A stretch of 64,000 nucleotides of DNA from Desulfosudaceae bacterium. Its GTDB lineage: Bacteria; Desulfobacterota; Desulfobacteria; Desulfobacterales; Desulfosudaceae. The notes beneath the pieces are model-generated. The model worked only from the letters and a program-made list of their open reading frames with translations, was not told the DNA's origin and did not search any database. The stretch spans positions 2,528,001-2,592,000 of the forward strand of contig CAXXDV010000001.1 of assembly GCA_963674745.2 (NCBI GenBank), written 5' to 3'. Of the stretch, positions 16,514-25,517 are shown one piece after another. How positions within the stretch are numbered: the first letter of the stretch is position 1; every line of letters starts with the position of its first letter. A program made the translations under genes and the position numbers.

Positions 16514-18118
16514 ATGAATCGAACAGTATTAATCGGACTTGATGGCGCCACCTTTACCATTCTTGACCCCCTAATGAACAACGGCGTTATGCCTTTCCTC
16601 AAGAAGTTTGTTGAGCAGGGTGTGCGGGCCGGGCTGATGTCCACCACCAATCCCCTCACGCCGCCGGCCTGGACCACATTGATGACAGGCCGCAGTCCGG
16701 GCAATCATGGTGTGTTTGATTTTATCTGGGCGGAGGAACGGGAGACCAACCATTATTTTACGCTTTACAATTTTCGTGACATCCGTTGTGAAACCATCTG
16801 GTCTATTGTCAGCAGGCAGAACGGGGAAGTGTGCTCGCTCAATTTCCCTTTTATGGCGCCGCCACCGTCTGATGCCGGGTATATCGTTCCGGGGCTGGTC
16901 TCATGGAAACACCTGCGCCTTAATGTGTCCCCTGCAGAGCTGTTTCCGAAATTGAAGGAAATTGAGGGCTTCAATGCCAAAGAACTGGCCTGGGATTTTG
17001 ACATGGAGGATAAGGCGGCCAAGGGCGTTCCAAAAGAGGATTTCGAAAACTGGGTTGATTTTCATATCCGTCGAGAGAAGCAGTGGTTTAACATCGCGCG
17101 TCATATTATGAAGAACGACCCCCGCGATCTGATGGCCATCCTCTTTGACGGACCGGACAAGCTTTTACACATGGGTTGGCGTTTTCTTGACCCGAACTTA
17201 TTCCCCGAAAACCCGTCTGCCTGGGAGCAGAAAATTCGTGATTTATGCCTGGATTACTTTCGCGAACTGGACGGCTTTATTGAAGAAATCGCAGACATTG
17301 CCGGGCCTGATGCAAGAATATTTATCGCCTCCGATCATGGTTTCGGGCCTTCATGGCATGTTTTTCGTGTCAATACATGGCTGCAAAGCCAGGGATATCT
17401 GACCTGGCTGGATCTTGATGCAATGAATGAGAAAGACAGGAAAAGCGCTGAAAAAGTCGCCCAGAAGCATTTTGTCATGCTGGACTGGGACAAGACGACG
17501 GCTTACGCCCGGACGATTACGTCCAACGGTATTTATATACGTGTGGCCAAAGGCCCGAATCAAACAGGGGTGCCGCCTGAAAAATATGAGGCGTTCAGAA
17601 AGGAGCTGATGGAAAAGCTGCTGGCTGTCCGGGACCCTGAAACCGGCAAGCCGGTTGTCAAGCGGATTTTAACCAGGGAGGAAGCATACCCCGGCACCAA
17701 CAATGAACAGGCGCCTGACCTGCTGCTGGCCATGGATGATTGCAGCTTTTTATCTATTTTCAACAAGAGCCCTGTTATTTATAAGCGACCGGAGGTTGAA
17801 GGCACCCATTATCCTGAAGGCGTGTTTATGGCCAGGGGGCCGGGCATCTCTAAAGGCGCTTCACTATCCAGGCTTTCCATCATTGATGTCGCGCCGGCAC
17901 TTCTGCACAGTCTCGGTCTGAAGATACCTTCTGATTTTGAAGGCGGTGTGCCCACCGGGGCCTTTGACGCTTCGTTTTTAAAGTCGCATCCGCCGACTGG
18001 GGGTGAACCGACCAGGCCGGTAGAAACCTTTACCACCCAGGGCGAAAAATCAAAAGCGGATAAAGCAGAGGAAGATCATATCTATAAACAAATGAAAGCC
18101 CTGGGATATATGGAGTAA
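16514..18118 (+). CDS. Alkaline phosphatase superfamily / type I phosphodiesterase-nucleotide pyrophosphatase
   Basis: IGLDGA, PLTPPAWTTLMTGRSPGNHGVFDF (Thr nucleophile), DKLLH, ASDHGF, GTHYPEG and C-terminal KALGYME; GAGGAGG RBS. Confidence 0.88.
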   Translation: MNRTVLIGLDGATFTILDPLMNNGVMPFLKKFVEQGVRAGLMSTTNPLTPPAWTTLMTGRSPGNHGVFDFIWAEERETNHYFTLYNFRDIRCETIWSIVSRQNGEVCSLNFPFMAPPPSDAGYIVPGLVSWKHLRLNVSPAELFPKLKEIEGFNAKELAWDFDMEDKAAKGVPKEDFENWVDFHIRREKQWFNIARHIMKNDPRDLMAILFDGPDKLLHMGWRFLDPNLFPENPSAWEQKIRDLCLDYFRELDGFIEEIADIAGPDARIFIASDHGFGPSWHVFRVNTWLQSQGYLTWLDLDAMNEKDRKSAEKVAQKHFVMLDWDKTTAYARTITSNGIYIRVAKGPNQTGVPPEKYEAFRKELMEKLLAVRDPETGKPVVKRILTREEAYPGTNNEQAPDLLLAMDDCSFLSIFNKSPVIYKRPEVEGTHYPEGVFMARGPGISKGASLSRLSIIDVAPALLHSLGLKIPSDFEGGVPTGAFDASFLKSHPPTGGEPTRPVETFTTQGEKSKADKAEEDHIYKQMKALGYME

Positions 18119-18130
18119 GAGGCTGTCTGT

Positions 18131-19342
18131 ATGGGTTCGGTTAACTGCAAAGGTGTAACGATCAATTACCGGACCGTGGGAAAAGGTGAAGATGTCGTCT
18201 TGATCCACGGACTGGGCGCAAATTGCGCTTTCTGGCACCTTAATGTCCTTCTCTCCCTTAGCAGGAAATACAGGGTCACGGTCTATGACCTTCGGGGGCA
18301 CGGATACAGCTCCATGCCATTATCCGGTTATACCACCGTTGACATGGCGGAAGACCTCCACTGTCTGCTCAATCACCTGGGGATTAAAAAAGCCCATCTG
18401 GTGGGTCACAGCCTGGGGGGGGGCATTGCGTTGCAGTACGCGGTTTTGTTTCCTGACCAGGTTGCCAGCCTGATTGTCGCAGATGCCAGAATACGCTCCA
18501 TTCAGCCGACGCATTTTGCCAGGGATTGGCCGAATTGGAGAACTGTAAAAAAACATCTGGAAAATATCGGGCTTTCCATTCCCGAGGATGAATCCGAAGC
18601 CGGTATATGGCTGTTGGAAAAACTGGCTTCGCCTGAATGGCAGCGGAACAGGCATAAACTGAAAGGGCGAAGCCTTTTTGTCCCATTCAGCAAGTGGGGT
18701 GGGGGCAATAGCACGGCCGAGAAGTTTCTGGCCATGTTATACGGTACATCGGCCAGACAGGAATTGAATTTGCCTGACGGATTGACGCTGGACCGACTGG
18801 CCGGTATCCGGCAACCGGCCCTGCTGATGTATGGGGAAAATTCTCCATCGCTGTCGTCGTTACATGGTTTGAGACAGCACCTGCCGGCCTCTCGAAGTGT
18901 TGTTGTCACCGGCGCAGGGCATTTTTTCCCTCTTTCACGGGCGAAATTTTTTGTGGGTATCGCCGAGCGTTTTTTAGACATGGTGTGTAAAAATGAGCGC
19001 AGGCTGTATGAACGAGTCCCCTGCAGCTTCCTGGTGGGGATCAGGGCAAAAGGGGCGGAACGGTTTCCAGCCGAGGTCCTGAATATATCCAGCCAGGGGC
19101 TTTTATTAAAGAGTTCAAAAAAACTGGAGATAGGCAGTGGCGTTGAAATCATTACCGGCTTGTCCCATGCCTACGACATATCCACTGAAGGCAGAATCGT
19201 AAGAGCCATACATGATAATGATGGCGAAAGACTGTTGGGTATCGAGCTGGATTTGCATGAAGATGCGGGGCTGGTGTGGAATAGTCTTCTAGCGGAACAG
19301 CTGGGGACCAACCTTACGGACATTTTGCCGAATGGCACTTAG
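18131..19342 (+). CDS. Alpha/beta hydrolase (possible thioesterase) fused to a C-terminal PilZ domain
   Basis: LIHGLGA, YDLRGHGYS, GHSLGG and GAGHFFP; C-terminal ERRLYERVP (RxxxR) and NISSQG (D/NxSxxG). Confidence 0.85.
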   Translation: MGSVNCKGVTINYRTVGKGEDVVLIHGLGANCAFWHLNVLLSLSRKYRVTVYDLRGHGYSSMPLSGYTTVDMAEDLHCLLNHLGIKKAHLVGHSLGGGIALQYAVLFPDQVASLIVADARIRSIQPTHFARDWPNWRTVKKHLENIGLSIPEDESEAGIWLLEKLASPEWQRNRHKLKGRSLFVPFSKWGGGNSTAEKFLAMLYGTSARQELNLPDGLTLDRLAGIRQPALLMYGENSPSLSSLHGLRQHLPASRSVVVTGAGHFFPLSRAKFFVGIAERFLDMVCKNERRLYERVPCSFLVGIRAKGAERFPAEVLNISSQGLLLKSSKKLEIGSGVEIITGLSHAYDISTEGRIVRAIHDNDGERLLGIELDLHEDAGLVWNSLLAEQLGTNLTDILPNGT

Positions 19343-19469
19343 GCATCCGGGCATGAAAACCGGTTAAGGTCGAATTCGTCAGCGGCTAACCTGTATCCGA
19401 GGCGTTACAGCCGGCAGCCTTCGAATCCGAGAACGGCGGGAAACCGCATTATATATCCGGGGTGAAAAT

Positions 19470-20504
19470 GTGAAAAAGTGTTTTTTTTTCTGGTTTGCAA
19501 TATCTTTAATCATGCTTTCCAATTATGAGGTAGCGGCTTTGGCCAAAAATGAGCTTATTCAGTTTCGCAAGCCGGTTAAATCGATACGGCACCGCCTGAT
19601 TCCGCCAAAAGCGTTTTCCTATGGTGCCGGTGATTACCGCAGAACCTTAAAAGGGGATTTTGGAAACCGGTTTTATGATATCCATGTGCCTCCCTCATAT
19701 CACAAGGAAAAGCCTGCTCCCCTGGTGATGGTTTTCCACGGCGGCGGCGGTGATCCCGGGAGCGTGAGGTATGAATCCGATATGGACAGTACTTCCGACA
19801 GGAACGGCTTTATTGTCGTCTATCCGGCCGGAACGCCCACCAGAATGCTTTTCAAAGACAGGTTGTTGATTTGGAATGACGGCCGTGCTTTTAAAAACGG
19901 TGAACACAGTGAGGTTGATGATGTCGCCTATGTCGATGCCTTACTCGAAGACCTGTCGCAACTGTTCAATGTGGATAAAAAGCGGATATATGCCTGCGGT
20001 TATTCAAACGGTGCCCAGTTAACCTTCCGGCTGGCAAAAAGACGTTCTGATGCAATCGCGGCGATTGCGGTCGTCGCCGGGCAGAGACCGCCCGAAGACG
20101 CTTATGACCCGGTTCCGTCGAGGCCGATTCCTTTGATGCAGTTCGCCGGCGTAGGGGACACTTTCAGCCCGTATGAGGGGGGAAAACCGCCAAAAGACGC
20201 GGCCTTTAAAGCCGAAATTAAACCTGTACGGCAGACGGTTAAAGCGTGGGCTGATTTTAATAAATGTAAGCCGGAACCGGTTGAAGAAAAACGGATCGGC
20301 AATGCCGTGATGCGGCGCTATGGGTATTGTCAGTCAGGCGCTGAGGTGGTTTTCTGGACGCTTGAAGACGGTGGCCATACATGGCCGGGCGGCAGGGTAA
20401 CGCCGAATGTAGAAGCTTTGGGGTTGGGGAGCCTGGGGAAAGTGAACACGGATATTAATGCCTCGGATTTAATGTGGGCTTTTTTTAAGAAATATTCCCT
20501 TTAA
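19470..20504 (+). CDS. Secreted esterase, LpqC/PHB depolymerase family
   Basis: Signal-peptide-like N-terminus; PLVMVFHGGGG, GFIVVYPAG, VDDVAY, GYSNGA and GGHTWPGG. Confidence 0.85.
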   Translation: MKKCFFFWFAISLIMLSNYEVAALAKNELIQFRKPVKSIRHRLIPPKAFSYGAGDYRRTLKGDFGNRFYDIHVPPSYHKEKPAPLVMVFHGGGGDPGSVRYESDMDSTSDRNGFIVVYPAGTPTRMLFKDRLLIWNDGRAFKNGEHSEVDDVAYVDALLEDLSQLFNVDKKRIYACGYSNGAQLTFRLAKRRSDAIAAIAVVAGQRPPEDAYDPVPSRPIPLMQFAGVGDTFSPYEGGKPPKDAAFKAEIKPVRQTVKAWADFNKCKPEPVEEKRIGNAVMRRYGYCQSGAEVVFWTLEDGGHTWPGGRVTPNVEALGLGSLGKVNTDINASDLMWAFFKKYSL

Positions 20505-20584
20505 CAGGCAACAGTGTTTTTCCTTTGCACATCGGCAGGCCTGTGGCCGGAATGTGCCGGACTTATTTTGTGGGTTTTTGAAAA

Positions 20585-21775
20585 ATGAGCCACAGCGCTT
20601 TATCTGGTATCCGGGTGGTTGACTTAACCCATTATACGGCCGGGCCGTATTGCACCAAATTGATGTCGGGATTTGGTGCCGAGGTCGTCAAGGTGGAACG
20701 GCCTTTAACAGGCGATGCCATGCGGTCTTTCGGCCCCTTTTTTCAGGACAGGCAAGACGTTGAGACAAGTATCCCTTTTTTATGGCTGAACACCGGTAAG
20801 AAAAGTGTGACCCTGGATTTTAAAACAGAAAAAGGCCGGGAAGTTTTAAAAGACCTTATCCGGGAGGCCGATGTGGTGGTTGAAAGTTTCTCTCCCGGTG
20901 TCATGCAGCGGCTTGGCCTGGATTATGAAACAGTCAGAAAGCTTAAACCGGGTATTGTTATGACATCGATTTCCAATTTTGGACAATCGGGGCCGTATAA
21001 AGACTTCAAGGCCGATGAAATAACGCTGAATGCCCTAAGCGGCGGCATGTCTGTGACGGGCGAACCGGAAAAAGAACCGCTTGCCGCAGGACCGTCCATT
21101 TATCAGTATACAGCAGGGCAACACGCCTATATCGGAACGCTTATGGCCCTTTTTCAGAAGGGCGTTGACGGAAAAGGGCAATATGTCGATGTGTCCATTC
21201 AGGAGAGCGGATTGGAACATATCGAAATTTTATTGTCATATAACCTGCAAAAGGGAGAAAACAAAAAAAGAGGCGGACATATGTTTGTCCCATGGGCCAC
21301 CTATGATTGTCAGGATGGATATGCCGCCGTTATTGCCATGCCCTATCGCCATTGGCACCGGGCCGCCGAAATTTTTAAAGACCCCGTTCTTTTTGACGAA
21401 AAATATGATCACCTGCTGAACAGAATAAAAGACCGCACTGAATATGAAACGCGGTTAAAGGCCTGTGTAAAAACCATGCCCAAAAAAGACCTTTTTCACG
21501 CCGGCCAGGCCCGTCAACTTGCCTTTGGATATATTGCCGATCTTAAAGACGTGACTGAATCACCCCAGCATGAGGCCCGGCGCTTTTTTAAGGAAATCGA
21601 TCATCCGATGACCGGAAAACATAAATACTGCGACGCGCCCTTTATGATGTCGGAGACGCCCTGGAAATCATTGCGCGCGCCGTTTTTGGGGGAGCATAAC
21701 GACGAGATATTCAAGGGGCTTCTCGGCTATGGTGAGGATGAAATAAAACAGTTGTCGGAACGGGAAATAATATGA
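20585..21775 (+). CDS. Class III (CaiB/BaiF) CoA-transferase subunit, probably non-catalytic
   Basis: LSGIRVVDLT, AGPYC, GAEVVKVE, NTGKKSVTLD and APFLGEHN; Gln at the expected catalytic Asp position (SIYQYTAG). Confidence 0.88.
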   Translation: MSHSALSGIRVVDLTHYTAGPYCTKLMSGFGAEVVKVERPLTGDAMRSFGPFFQDRQDVETSIPFLWLNTGKKSVTLDFKTEKGREVLKDLIREADVVVESFSPGVMQRLGLDYETVRKLKPGIVMTSISNFGQSGPYKDFKADEITLNALSGGMSVTGEPEKEPLAAGPSIYQYTAGQHAYIGTLMALFQKGVDGKGQYVDVSIQESGLEHIEILLSYNLQKGENKKRGGHMFVPWATYDCQDGYAAVIAMPYRHWHRAAEIFKDPVLFDEKYDHLLNRIKDRTEYETRLKACVKTMPKKDLFHAGQARQLAFGYIADLKDVTESPQHEARRFFKEIDHPMTGKHKYCDAPFMMSETPWKSLRAPFLGEHNDEIFKGLLGYGEDEIKQLSEREII

Positions 21776-22986
21776 AAAGAAAACGGCCCTTAACCGGTAT
21801 TCGTGTTCTGGATTTGTCCCACAGCTGGGCGGCCCCGCATTGTGGCAGAATCCTGGCGGACTTCGGCGCCGAGGTGATCAAGGTCGAGTATATCAGAAGG
21901 CTCTGCCTTCTTCGGGGGGCAAAAAAAGACCCGCAGATATATAACAATCACCCCGGCTGGCTGCAGGTGAACAGAAACAAATATGCCATCACGTTAGACT
22001 TGAAAGAAACGGGCGATCGTGAGATATTTATAAATCTCATCAGGATTTCCGATGTGCTGATCACGAATTCAAGGACCGGTGTCATGGAAAAGCTTGGCTT
22101 CGGGTATGCCGATATTATCAAGATTAAAAAAGATTTAATCGTCCTGTCCATGTCTTCTTTCGGAAACACGGGGCCATATGCTTATTATTCGGGATACGGT
22201 GCTGTCTTTGAAGCCGTTGGCGGCATTAACAGCCTTACCGCTTATGATAAGGACAGCCGGCCCTGCCGGATCAAGGAAGTTGATGTCACAAACGGCTCGG
22301 CCGGCGCAAGCGCCGTAATGACGGCACTTATTTATCGTCAAAAAACAGGGCGGGGACAATATATCGACCTGTCACAGCTTGAAGCCGCCACCCATGCAAC
22401 TATAGGTGAACATTTACTGGCATTTGAAATGGACGCGGAACAGACCCTGCCGAACGGTAACCGGCATTGGAAGTATGCGCCCCGGGGATGCTACCGGTGT
22501 AAAGGGGATGATAAATGGGTCGTTATTACTGTCCGGTCAGAGGGTCAATGGGAACGGTTTTGTGACGTTCTGGGACATCCCGAGTGGAAAACGGATGGAC
22601 GGTTTATGTCCGTTTCGCAAAGGATTGTCAACCATGATGAATTGGACAAATTGATTGATACCTGGACCGGTGTGCGTGAAAACATGGAAGTCATGACCCT
22701 GCTTCAGGAAAATAATATTTGTGCCGGTGCGGTACTTGATGTGGAAGACCTCGGCGGAAATCGTCACCTGATTGATAGAGATTACTTTGTTTGTGAAGAA
22801 GAATCCTCTGATATGCGTTTTTTGGGGATGCCTTTTGTTTTGTCCCGGGGCGCCGGGAGGGTCGCATGGCGCGGGCCTGCACTGGGCAGTCATAACGAAC
22901 ATGTCCTGTGTGATTTACTTGGGATGTCAAAAAAAGATGTCAGGCCTTTGACGGCAAATGAGGTCGGCACAGCCTTTGATAAATAG
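21772..22986 (+). CDS. Class III (CaiB/BaiF) CoA-transferase subunit, probably catalytic
   Basis: LTGIRVLDLS, LADFGAEVIKVE, NRNKYAITLDLK, EVDVTNG (Asp retained) and GPALGSHN; ATGA overlap with the previous gene. Confidence 0.88.
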   Translation: MKRKRPLTGIRVLDLSHSWAAPHCGRILADFGAEVIKVEYIRRLCLLRGAKKDPQIYNNHPGWLQVNRNKYAITLDLKETGDREIFINLIRISDVLITNSRTGVMEKLGFGYADIIKIKKDLIVLSMSSFGNTGPYAYYSGYGAVFEAVGGINSLTAYDKDSRPCRIKEVDVTNGSAGASAVMTALIYRQKTGRGQYIDLSQLEAATHATIGEHLLAFEMDAEQTLPNGNRHWKYAPRGCYRCKGDDKWVVITVRSEGQWERFCDVLGHPEWKTDGRFMSVSQRIVNHDELDKLIDTWTGVRENMEVMTLLQENNICAGAVLDVEDLGGNRHLIDRDYFVCEEESSDMRFLGMPFVLSRGAGRVAWRGPALGSHNEHVLCDLLGMSKKDVRPLTANEVGTAFDK

Positions 22987-23078
22987 TCGTTCATAACACG
23001 ATTGCTGCTTGTGCGATTACGGGAGACGTTTATTCAATTAATCCTGTGCAACAGGATGTGAACCGGTAACGGAAAATC

Positions 23079-25418
23079 ATGTATAGCAAAACGGTAAGGA
23101 ATAATGCATGCTCCGGGCTTGACCGCTGGAGTTTCCGAAAGGTGGGGCCGAACGGTCTGGGCGACCCTTATAACTGTTATCCGCATTCAATGGCCTGGTT
23201 CCAGGATCACCTTTATGTCGGCACCACCCGTGCCAACCTTGCCAGCAGGGCCAAGCAGATTCAGAGCAATACCCCTGAAAAAATGAGCAAGGTATGGCCT
23301 GTAAAAATACCCGAAAAGGCCCTGGACAGCCCGCTACGAGCCGAAATATGGCGTTATAATCCGGCTGCCGACGAGTGGCGTAACCTGTACACCGCCCCGA
23401 TGGTGATAGGCATTGACGGTTTTGAAGTGCCCATAAGCGTGGGGTTCAGATGTATGGCGGTGTTCCAGGGGCCCCGTGATTCGTCACCGGCGCTTTACGC
23501 GCCCACCTGGGCCAGTCATCAGACCCCGGCAACAATAATGCTGAAAACGACTGACGGCGTTCATTTTGAAGCGGTATCAGAGCCCGGGCTTGGAATAACC
23601 CAGAACACCCCGAGGTCGTTGCGCGGTATTGTCAGTTTTAAGGGTTACCTCTTCACCTCTCCAGTGGTCGGACAGAAAAGACTGGAACCCAATATCGCCG
23701 GAGAGGCGGTTGTCTATTGCAGCGCTGATCCGGATCATGGCGCCTGGCAGTTTGCCTGTGAAACCAGTTTCGGGGACCCGAATAACGTCAGTGTTTTTCA
23801 CATGGCCGCCTCCGACGAGTATTTTTATGCCGGAACACTTAATATTTACGAGGGATTTCAGATATGGAAAACCGATGCGGAAGGGGGGCCGCCGTTTAAA
23901 TGGAAAAAAGTCGTTTCCAATGGCGCCTATCGGGGAAAATTAAACCAGATGGGGATGACACTGGTCTATTTTAAAGGCTGTATTTTTGTGGGCAGTGCCA
24001 TACAGAATTGCAGCTGGGATCATGACTATAAAGTGGGGCCGGCAGCTCCCGAAGTCATCCGTATCAACCCGGATGACTCCTGGGATCTGATTATGGGAGA
24101 GCCGCGCATGACGCCTGAAGGCCTCAAGGTGCCTTTAAGCGGTCTGGGCCCTGGATTCAGCGATCCTTTTGCGGGTTATATCTGGTCCATGTGTGTGCAT
24201 GAAGGCTGGCTGTACGTCGGCAACGCTGTCTGGGCAAATTTTCTGCGCTATTCTGACCGGCTGGACAAACTGCCCAAGATTCTGCGTAACATACAGCACC
24301 CGGAGAATCTTGAAAAACTTCTTCAAGATTTTGGCGGTTGTGATCTGTGGCGGACCCGTGATGGCGTTAACTGGCGGCCGGTAACCATTAATGGCTTCGG
24401 TAATTGCTTTAACATCGGGTTCCGGAATATGGTTTCATCCCCTTATGGCCTTTTTGTCGGCGCAGCCAATCCGTTTGCGCCCGAGGTGGCTGTGAAGCGG
24501 ATTGCGGGCTGGAAGTATGAAGAAAACCCTGTGGGCGGACTTGAGATATGGTTCGGCTCCCATGAACATGGAAACCCGCCCGGGCGCGCGGAGAATGAAC
24601 TTGTACCCGGAAAGATAGATGACGGCCAATACGTTGTTCTTAAAGAAAATGAAAGCGACGAAGACGCGTTTGAAAGGCATATCAATACCTTTTACGGCAA
24701 CAGCAATTTCCGTCATTTCGGCATGTGGAAGATCGGCATAAATGATGCCAGGGTCGCATGCGAAAACCTGATGGGTGAGATACTGGCCTTTATTCCAGAC
24801 GAGGATGGGCGTGTCCTTGATGTCAGCTGTAACATGGGCGCTTCAACGCGTCGTTTGTCGAAAAGCTTTCCGCCTCAAGCGGTAACAGGAATCACTTCAG
24901 ATGAAGAACTGCTGGCGGTGTGTAAAAGAACGGCTCCTGAAGCAAGATTCCTTTGCGGGAAGATTTCGCGGCTGAACCTTGATGACGCTTTTTTTGATTC
25001 GGCCGTTATGATTAAAGGCTTCTACAAACTCGGGGCGAGAGCCAGGCTATTTTCGGAAATTCATCGCGTGCTGCGGCCGGGTGGACGATTTGTGGGTTTT
25101 GACGTGCTTTATGACCCCCCAAACGCAAATACCGGCTGGCGCAAACTTGATAGACGGAAGCGCCATGTTGAAAATATAGATGAATATCGGCACCTTTTGC
25201 ATGAGGCCGGGTTTGATGATATTATGTTCATCGACGTGACGGAGGCCTGTCTCAATGGTTTCCGGATGCACATGGAAAGATATTTTGCATTGAAACATAT
25301 CGGTGGTGATCTCAATGACGATATGCTGCAAAAAATAAAAGATTTTTTTAAGCCCGATAAACCTGCGGTCAGCGGGTGCTTTTTCGTATTATGCCGCAAG
25401 CCGGAAACGGGGTCGTGA
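23079..25418 (+). CDS. Repeat-containing (beta-propeller-like) protein fused to a C-terminal SAM-methyltransferase-like domain
   Basis: Recurring G(L/F)GDPxN...M...LYVG units in the N-terminal ~490 aa; C-terminal HFGMW, VLDVSCNMG and EIHRVLRPGG. Confidence 0.7.
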   Translation: MYSKTVRNNACSGLDRWSFRKVGPNGLGDPYNCYPHSMAWFQDHLYVGTTRANLASRAKQIQSNTPEKMSKVWPVKIPEKALDSPLRAEIWRYNPAADEWRNLYTAPMVIGIDGFEVPISVGFRCMAVFQGPRDSSPALYAPTWASHQTPATIMLKTTDGVHFEAVSEPGLGITQNTPRSLRGIVSFKGYLFTSPVVGQKRLEPNIAGEAVVYCSADPDHGAWQFACETSFGDPNNVSVFHMAASDEYFYAGTLNIYEGFQIWKTDAEGGPPFKWKKVVSNGAYRGKLNQMGMTLVYFKGCIFVGSAIQNCSWDHDYKVGPAAPEVIRINPDDSWDLIMGEPRMTPEGLKVPLSGLGPGFSDPFAGYIWSMCVHEGWLYVGNAVWANFLRYSDRLDKLPKILRNIQHPENLEKLLQDFGGCDLWRTRDGVNWRPVTINGFGNCFNIGFRNMVSSPYGLFVGAANPFAPEVAVKRIAGWKYEENPVGGLEIWFGSHEHGNPPGRAENELVPGKIDDGQYVVLKENESDEDAFERHINTFYGNSNFRHFGMWKIGINDARVACENLMGEILAFIPDEDGRVLDVSCNMGASTRRLSKSFPPQAVTGITSDEELLAVCKRTAPEARFLCGKISRLNLDDAFFDSAVMIKGFYKLGARARLFSEIHRVLRPGGRFVGFDVLYDPPNANTGWRKLDRRKRHVENIDEYRHLLHEAGFDDIMFIDVTEACLNGFRMHMERYFALKHIGGDLNDDMLQKIKDFFKPDKPAVSGCFFVLCRKPETGS

Positions 25419-25517
25419 GCCTGTCGCGTAAAAATATGGCCATTCCGGCGGGCGTGATTTAATATGTGATGAATAATCGATGCATCCATGGACTGATTAT
25501 TCAAGAACTGAACAGGG

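Noticed and set aside
19343..19469. Possible structured RNA or c-di-GMP riboswitch between the two hydrolase genes (GCGG-GAAA-CCGC hairpin)
   Set aside because: Only a short hairpin; the GEMM consensus elements are not recognisable.
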